This document shows, one piece after another, positions 57,101-64,000 of a stretch of 64,000 bases of DNA (positions within the stretch are counted from its first letter, which is position 1; every line of letters starts with the position of its first letter). The position numbers were made by a program, and so were the translations under genes. The stretch comes from Heteronotia binoei (lineage: Eukaryota). The notes under the pieces are model-generated. The model saw only the letters and a list, made by a program, of their open reading frames with translations, did not search any database and was not told where the DNA came from. The DNA lies in assembly GCF_032191835.1 (NCBI RefSeq), contig NC_083226.1, positions 2,418,001-2,482,000 of the forward strand, in the 5' to 3' direction.

Positions 57101-58820
57101 TAATTGTCCTCTATCTTTTGATTTGGTGGGCGATAACATACTCCCATAGTTAAATTTCCTTTTGGGCCCTCTATTTCGACCCAAAGCATTTCTAGAAGGG
57201 AATCTAATTCTTTGACCTCAGTCTTACTGGACTGTATGCCCTCTCTGACATACAGAGCCACCCCACCTCCAACCCTTCCCTCCCTATCCTTCCGATTTAA
57301 CTTATATCCAGGAATCACCATGTCCAACTGATTCTCCTCATTCCACCAAGTTTCTGAAATTCCCACAATGTCTATGTTTTCTCCCAACACTAAGCATTCC
57401 AACTCACCAATTTTACTTTTAACACTTCTAGCATTTGTGTAGAAACATCTATAATTTCCCAGGCAAACTAGGCCCGCCACCTTCCTCCTGCCACCTCGAG
57501 ACTCTGGCAGACACTCCATACTGTTTGTCACCATCTCAGTGGACAACTCTGATCCATTACCCGGTAGAAAAGTAACCCTTCATCTCTTTGAGATGAGTCC
57601 TCCCGAACCAGAGACATTTCATCTCCTGTCGGCTTTCCCCCAAGATTTAGTTTAAAAACTGCTCAGCCACCTTTTTGATTTTAAGCACCAACAGCTTGGT
57701 TCCATCTGGGGACAAGTGGAGATCGTCTCTTTTGTACAGCTCTCGCTTGTTCCAGAAAGCATCCTATTGCCTAACAAACTTAAACCCTTCCTTCCTACAC
57801 CATCGTCTCATCCACACATTGAGACTTCTAATTTGTGCCTCTCTCCAGCCCTGCACGTGGAACAGGTAGCACTTCTGAGAAGGCTACCTTGGAGGTCCTG
57901 GCCTTAAGTCTCCTGCCTAGCAGCCTAAATTTTTCCTCCAGGACCTCACGACTGCATTTCCCCACATCGTTGGTGCCAATATGCACCACGACCACAGGCT
58001 CCTCCCCAGCACTGTCTATCAGCCTATCTACTACACGCAGAATGTCCACTACCTTCGCATCAGGCAGGCAAGTCACCATACGGTCAGTATGCGTTTTTGT
58101 CACCCAGCTGTCTACTTGCCTAAGGATCGAATCACCAACTACCAAGACCCCCCCCCCTCCCTGCCCAGGGATGGTTCCTTGGCGCGAAAGGATACCTGCT
58201 CACCAACTGAAGGTCCCTACTGAGGGCGCATTCCCCTTATCCTCAGCCCGGTGCCCTGTTCCCTCTTGACCCTCATGCTCCCTGGCAGCAACGGGGCTGT
58301 CATGTTCAGAGTGGGGCTAATACATCCCCGAGAGTCTTCCCCGAGTGCCTAACTGACCGTCTCTGCTTCTCCAGGTCAGTCACCTTGGCCTCAGGGGTAC
58401 AAACTCGTTCCCTGAGGACCAGGAGCTCCTTGCATTGAGCAGGCACCCAAGACTTCTGTCCTATGGGCAGATATTCATACATGCGACACTCAGTGCAAAA
58501 CACTGGAATACCCCCACCCCCCTGCTGGCATTCTACCTTCATGATAGCTTTTTTCAAAAATATACAGTATACAAAAAATATACAAAATATATACATACTT
58601 TCTAAGAACAAGTGTAAGTCCGGCGGTTTTAAAATAATTATTGGCAATAATTTGCCAACAAGGTTTCCCTTTTACTGACTTGATTTTTAGTATTCTAAAG
58701 TTTTGCAAGGACTTTTAGGAGACATATTGCCGTCCCAAAAAACCTGCCTCGCCTGGCCACATTCCAGAGCCTCTGTTGGTTCCACCAATCCAGCTCCTTG
58801 ACTCACCAATCCAACAAGAA
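54103..58820 (-). mobile_element. CR1 LINE copy B, near full length, interrupted by a solo LTR
   Basis: Colinear and highly similar to copy A; ORF1 with Zn-finger/zipper (FCTECRMY...CKELLVLRERV) and esterase (VVGDSILR, HIGTNDV); ORF2 EN-RT with stops and frameshifts; 5' boundary approximate. Confidence 0.92.
55378..55869 (-). mobile_element. Solo LTR (492 bp) of a diverged relative of the sushi-type element
   Basis: TGTCAG...CTGACA ends, perfect 5-bp TSD GATAA; rc shares ordered motifs with 9291-9759 (CTCACTAACC, TTTGAAGTG, GCAAGGACAT, AAAAGATAA, CATGTGAAA, CAATAAATG, ACAAGTCTG, TCAATGAACC). Confidence 0.88.
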
Positions 58821-58955
58821 CTACAGCCTAGAAGTCTCACTCATGGGACTCTCTTCTTAGACCTCGAAATGGACTTGACCCAACAAACATCGCATTCTCT
58901 TTTATTGGGCTTGGAAAACAGCCCCCCCCCCCCGCCCGACTCGTCCAACTCCTCC

Positions 58956-59242
58956 AGAGCCAGTTTGATGTAGTGGTTAAATGTACGGACTCTTATCTGG
59001 GAGAACTGGGTTTGATTCCCCACTCCTCCACTTGCACCTGCTGGAATGGCCTTCTTGGGTCAGCCATAGCTATCGCAGGAGTTGTCCTTGAAAGGGCAGT
59101 TGCTGTGAGAGCTTTCTCAGCCCCACCCACCTCACAGAGTGTCCGTTGTGGGGGGAGAAGATAAAGGAGATTGTAAGCTGCTCTAAGTCTTTGATTCAGA
59201 GAGAAGGGCAAGGTGTAAATCTGCAGACTGTTTCTTCTTCTT
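58956..59242 (+). mobile_element. Squam3-type SINE
   Basis: Head to (CTT)n tail. Confidence 0.85.
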
Positions 59243-61155
59243 GACATCCCCAAACACCTATTGGCCCCGGCACCTAAACCTTCCATGCTGATACCCGCAG
59301 GTGATGGGAACCCACCATTGCCACCACCACACTGGAACCAGCATTAATGGCAATACCTGCATGGGGCATAGCCCAGGCCTTAGGCTTTCCCACAGCTCCC
59401 TTGACTGCCACCAGACTGGGACACGTTCCATGGCCTCCTGCCACTCCTGCCATTAACCCAAGGTCGACACCAGAGCCTTCACTGTCAAAGCCTATTCCAA
59501 AGGATTGGCATCCAAAACAACAGGCCTTGAAGAAACCCCGAATACAGCTTTCCAGGCCGAAAACTCCATTTTGACCAGCTGCGGACTTGTCCGAGGAGGA
59601 AGCCTTGTCCTCCCACTCCGACTGGGGATCTGATGATGCCGGTTCCGAGCCTCCCAACACCGACATTGAGCTGACAAGAAAATTTCTGAGAAGTCAGCCT
59701 GAGAACACTTTCCTGGGCACAAGGGCTGTTGAATAAAACTTCTGAGTGAACCTGCCAGGGTTGCTCCTTGTATCTTGATAATGAGTTTTCCGTCTAGACC
59801 TGAAAAATATCCTGCAGACCCCACGCTTTGACCCCTGCATGCTGCTCGGCTAATTATCCCAATAAGGAAAGCAATTTGCATAGCTTGTGCTAACTGATTT
59901 CATCTGTAAAGCAAGAATAACAGTAACCTGAATTGAAAGCTTGTTGGAAGAATAAATGAGAATATTATTACCTGTGTAGTATGAGACCTATAATGTGTTA
60001 CATAATTTACTTCCCCTCTCTTAAAAAAATATTTTCAAAGCACTTTGGGAGGTTGTATCTTTGTTTAGACAAATGCTGTTCCCTTGTATTCCTGCCATTA
60101 AGGATTATTTTATCTTCTCATATAGAAGACAAAGAGAGAACTGTGGCTAAAAGAAGTATGTCTGTTGAGATAAGCAACCTCTTCAGTAGAGAGGCTCTGT
60201 GCAAACTGATAATATAAATTCCATGCACCTCCAAAATAGTTTGCTAATTTAAGCTATATTGAGCTCTTAAGTGGAAAATAAAATTATCCTATTGACAAAG
60301 ATACCTTGATGTAGCTTTTATTCCAGGTTGCATATGGTATCTGTTAGGAGTTGGGGCTTTGGTTGGTGGTTGAATTATTATGTGGATTAGCTATAGCGTT
60401 TGAAGGTTCTCAACTTTAAAAGCCTGTGTCTGTTTTAAATCTCACAAATTCCTTGCAGTTTTGTAGGCCAGGCAGTAACTCTGACCAGAGTATTTTAACA
60501 CCACAGCTTTAAGCCGACACAGCAACTGGCCAGCAAACCCACAGGCTGTGACATGTTGTGTGCATGCATGTGAGTTTCTGGGCTTATTTTCTCATTAAAT
60601 AAGCACCCTTGGTTTTACAGCTTTTTGAGTGTGTCTTCAAATAATGGCACAAAGCAAAGGAGGAAGTGGAGACAACCTGGATAAAGATGAAAATCCTGAG
60701 ATGTTAAAGTTGCCCTTGCACTTTTCATGGGACAGAAAACATCAAAGGCCCTTGGGAGACTGCATCTTGAGTGTTTGTTTTAGAGGCCTTTCCAAAGCTT
60801 TGCAAAATTATCCCTATAAGAAGAAGAATAGCCTGTCTAGTTGCTCAGGTCATTAACTTTTACCAAAGGAATGTCATTTTCTATTGCATCGTTTCTGGTA
60901 ACATTTTTTAAAAGTGGAAATGCTGCCACTACCCTTCCATGGTTGGTCTTCGTTGGTGATTTCCCGGGTTATGTAATGAAGTAGAGTGTTCTACTTTGAT
61001 TTTCCCAGTGAAGACAACGGCTCATGTTTTGTGAGCTATGATATAGCAGTTTTCAAACTTTGTCCTAATGACTGTTTGCCGGTAGGCCTGTCTTGCTGCC
61101 CATGGATGCCAGCTCCAGCTCATGAGGCACCTCTTCCATATTCCACTTCTCCCAT

Positions 61156-61600
61156 GAGAGCCAGTTTGGTGTGGTGGTTAAGTGTGTGGACTCTAATCTG
61201 GGAGAATCGGGTTTGATTCCCCACTCCTTCACCTGCACCTCCTGAGTGACCTTGGGTCAGTCACAGTTCTCGAAAGAGCTGCTCTTTCGAGAGCAATTCT
61301 CAAAAGAGCTCTCTCTGCTCCACCTACCTCACAGGTGACTCCCTGCTCTGAGAGGCGGGTGCCAAGTGTGCTTGCCTTGTGAGCAGCAAATTCACAGGTG
61401 GGGGGGTAGGCTCACACTGTGCCCATGGGACCACCCAGGACCTGGCTTCCCCTGCCAGGCAGCTGGCCTGGGGAAAGAAGGAACCCTCACAATCGGGGGA
61501 AAACCCACCTGGACCCAGAGGCTGGCAGCCCTAGGGGAAGGGGAAGGAGATTATAAGCCACTCTGAGACTCTAAGTTAGAGGTAAGTTACTCATTCATTC
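61156..61600 (+). mobile_element. Squam3-type SINE variant with an about 200-bp insertion
   Basis: Head at 61156-61325, tail GGAAGGAGATTATAAGCCACTCTGAGACTC at about 61535-61575, followed by (TCAT)n. Confidence 0.65.
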
Positions 61601-63859
61601 ATTCATTCATTCTTATTCTTCTTCCCCCTCCTCCTTCCCCCTCTTGAGTAAATTATTTCCTCTTCTCCTACTCCACTTTGGTAGCATTTGTACTCTTGCA
61701 CTTAACCTAGGAGCAAGTTGATGAAAGTGAAAATAAATGGAGCCTTAACCATTAAGGATCCAGTGTAGGCCTTGGTGAGTCTGGAGAATTCATTAAAATA
61801 AACCATGCAGAAAAATGAAGGATTTCCTTGCTAACATCAAGTACTGACAAGCAGTATAAAAATTTGTACTCCTCACCATTCTTGCCTCCTTCCTGGTGCA
61901 TACCAAATAGCACAGATTTTTGCTTCTGTTATCAGTGGCTTCTTTAATTTTCAAGTTCTACAACTTAACCACTACACATGAAATTCTTACATCTACAAGA
62001 AAACAGTGCTTGCTTTGACCTTCACATTCTCAGTTACATCACATTTCCAATTGTCCAGCACAATCCCCCCAACACAATCAGGTTTCCCTGTGGTAAATTG
62101 CATAATAAAAAGTATTCTTCAGGAATATTCTCATAACACAGTAACAACATAATAAAGTTTATACTTCGAGACGCTTTGATTTAACAGCCTCATCAATAAC
62201 CTGGTGCACAACATAAACTTTGCTCTGTTCGTCTCCCAGATTGTGAGACTCTGCACTACAAAGGGTTGCCTCTTTTTATGACACTCGATGCTCATGATTC
62301 CCTTAATTTACGGCTCAAGCCATTCTTTTCATTAATGGCTGGGAAGACTTTAAATCATTGCCTGCTCCCCATTATGTCATTGGTATATTGAGGCATGCAG
62401 GATATGGGGCCTAAATGGAAGCAGCTGCCTGCCGCTGTGCTTCAGAGAAGGCGGGCCGGCAGCGGAGAGCCTCACATCCTCTGTGGCTTTAGAAGCTGTT
62501 CCCATCCTAGAAAGCAAAGCTGTGATTTCAATTAGTGCAGATGTGCGCCCACCTTCTTTTGGCTCAGGAAAATAATTATTTGGTTTCAGCACTTGAACTT
62601 CTAGGTCTGGTTAGTGTTAGCGAAAAAGGAAGGGAGCGGGGCGGGGGGAACATCACACCTATGGTTTAAGCTTATGCTTAAATATCTGGGTTTTTTTAAA
62701 AAAATCTTGGCAGCAAAAGGGGGGGGGGTATAATCTAACAGGGGATAACCAGTTTTCATATCCAGGAACTGCAGGATTTCGTCTGTATTTTACTGGTCCC
62801 TTGTAACACTGCAGCAGCCTGTAAATGCCCACTGGAAAAACAGCTGAAAACAAGATCAAATTTATGGCGGTGAACTCACTTCAGGCTGGATTTAAAGTCA
62901 GAAGAAAGCAGATCACGAAGTTTGCTGGAGTTTAGCAACTTTAAAAGCCCCCTTTAACCCCCTCCCATTATTATTATCATTTCTACAGCTAACTATTGCA
63001 TTTAAGTAGGGTCTCAGCAAGAGAAAAAGTGGAATTTATTGTCTTCATTAAAACAGGCTTACATGCCGTATTTTAAATTATGATCACACTTCTTGAATAT
63101 TTTTGGTAGAGATGTGTAGTTCAAGATGCATAGTTCTCTGAGACATGGCTGTTATTTTCTGCTAAGAAGTGTGGGCGCCAGTTGGAACCACTAAAAACTT
63201 GCCTTGATTTCATTGGGACATGGATATTTGGACCCTTTGTTTGGTATTTCCCCTGCTCACAGCAGTGCTTTCCTCCTCAGTTCGCTTTGGCGTCAGTCCT
63301 AAAACCACCTTCCTGGGAATAAGTTACATTGAATAAAATGGTACTTCTGAGTATAGCATCTTATGGTTGTTCCTTTTGTATCATTTAATCCCACTCTGAT
63401 GTTTTGACATTATGTTCAGTCTTGGGCAGCATGGTTTAAGGAGAAAACAACAAGTGGTGAGTGGTATCCAAAGGATCTTCAAGAAGTGGTGTGCAGTATC
63501 CAAAACATCTTCAAATAAGAAAATGTATACATTGATATGAATGTTCATGCTTAATATAATACAGAACAACTTTATGGTTAAGAATTTCATTATACCCACA
63601 GCCCACAAAATGGAGTTCTAGCCTTTTCAGTTTTCTTTTCTGAAAAAGCCAGAACTAACAGATACATTTCAAAATAAGTGAACAAATTTGCAGTTTCATT
63701 GTTTAAACAAAAGAATTCTTGATATTAAGATTCTGTGTTTTTTTGGATTAGGTTTCCATATAGTAAAAGCTTCATAAGATTTTGCATTTTCAGAAATATG
63801 ATATTTTAATGAGGTTCTGTTTTAGAAGGGCCTTTATTTTTTGAGTTAGGAAAATATGA

Positions 63860-64000
63860 TTGTGTAATATTTTTGAAACAAGTAATATGAATCAGCAGGA
63901 TTGTAAGGACTTCAACAGTGTGATGTGGTAGCTAAAAAGGTGAATGCAATTTTGGGCTGTATCAACAGAAGTCTAGTGTCAAGGTCACGTGATGTGATGA
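63860..64000 (+). mobile_element. CR1 RT fragment running off the window
   Basis: CAGTGTGATGTGGTAGCTAAAAAGGTGAATGCAATTTTGGGCTGTATCAACAGAAGT (QCDVVAKKVNAILGCINRS). Confidence 0.7.

Overview
This is vertebrate intronic DNA, most likely from a gecko-like squamate (inferred from abundant Squam3-type and Sauria SINEs). The only recognisable host-gene sequence is one 109-nt coding exon of adenosine kinase (ADK, + strand, 14804-14912); the rest is intron, roughly half of it transposon-derived. The window holds a full-length but decayed Tf1/sushi-group chromoviral Gypsy element (3760-9759) nested in a CR1 LINE, and an apparently intact DIRS1-type tyrosine-recombinase retrotransposon (34012-39666) with three open ORFs, ITRs and a perfect ICR. 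It also has two solo LTRs, two long CR1 copies, and many SINEs, hAT MITEs and L2/RTE/Penelope fragments. One SINE has expanded into an 8 x 79-bp tandem array. The most interesting signals are: (i) a CAA-TGA-CTA junction at the end of DIRS gag that could feed both downstream ORFs, plus an ATG-free, apparently spliced leader; (ii) an exact 11-nt self-priming PBS and a PEG10-like -1 frameshift signal in the Gypsy; (iii) all four LTR/YR insertions with clear termini lying inside CR1 copies. Family names come from recalled consensus features, not database searches, and repeat boundaries without a TSD are approximate.
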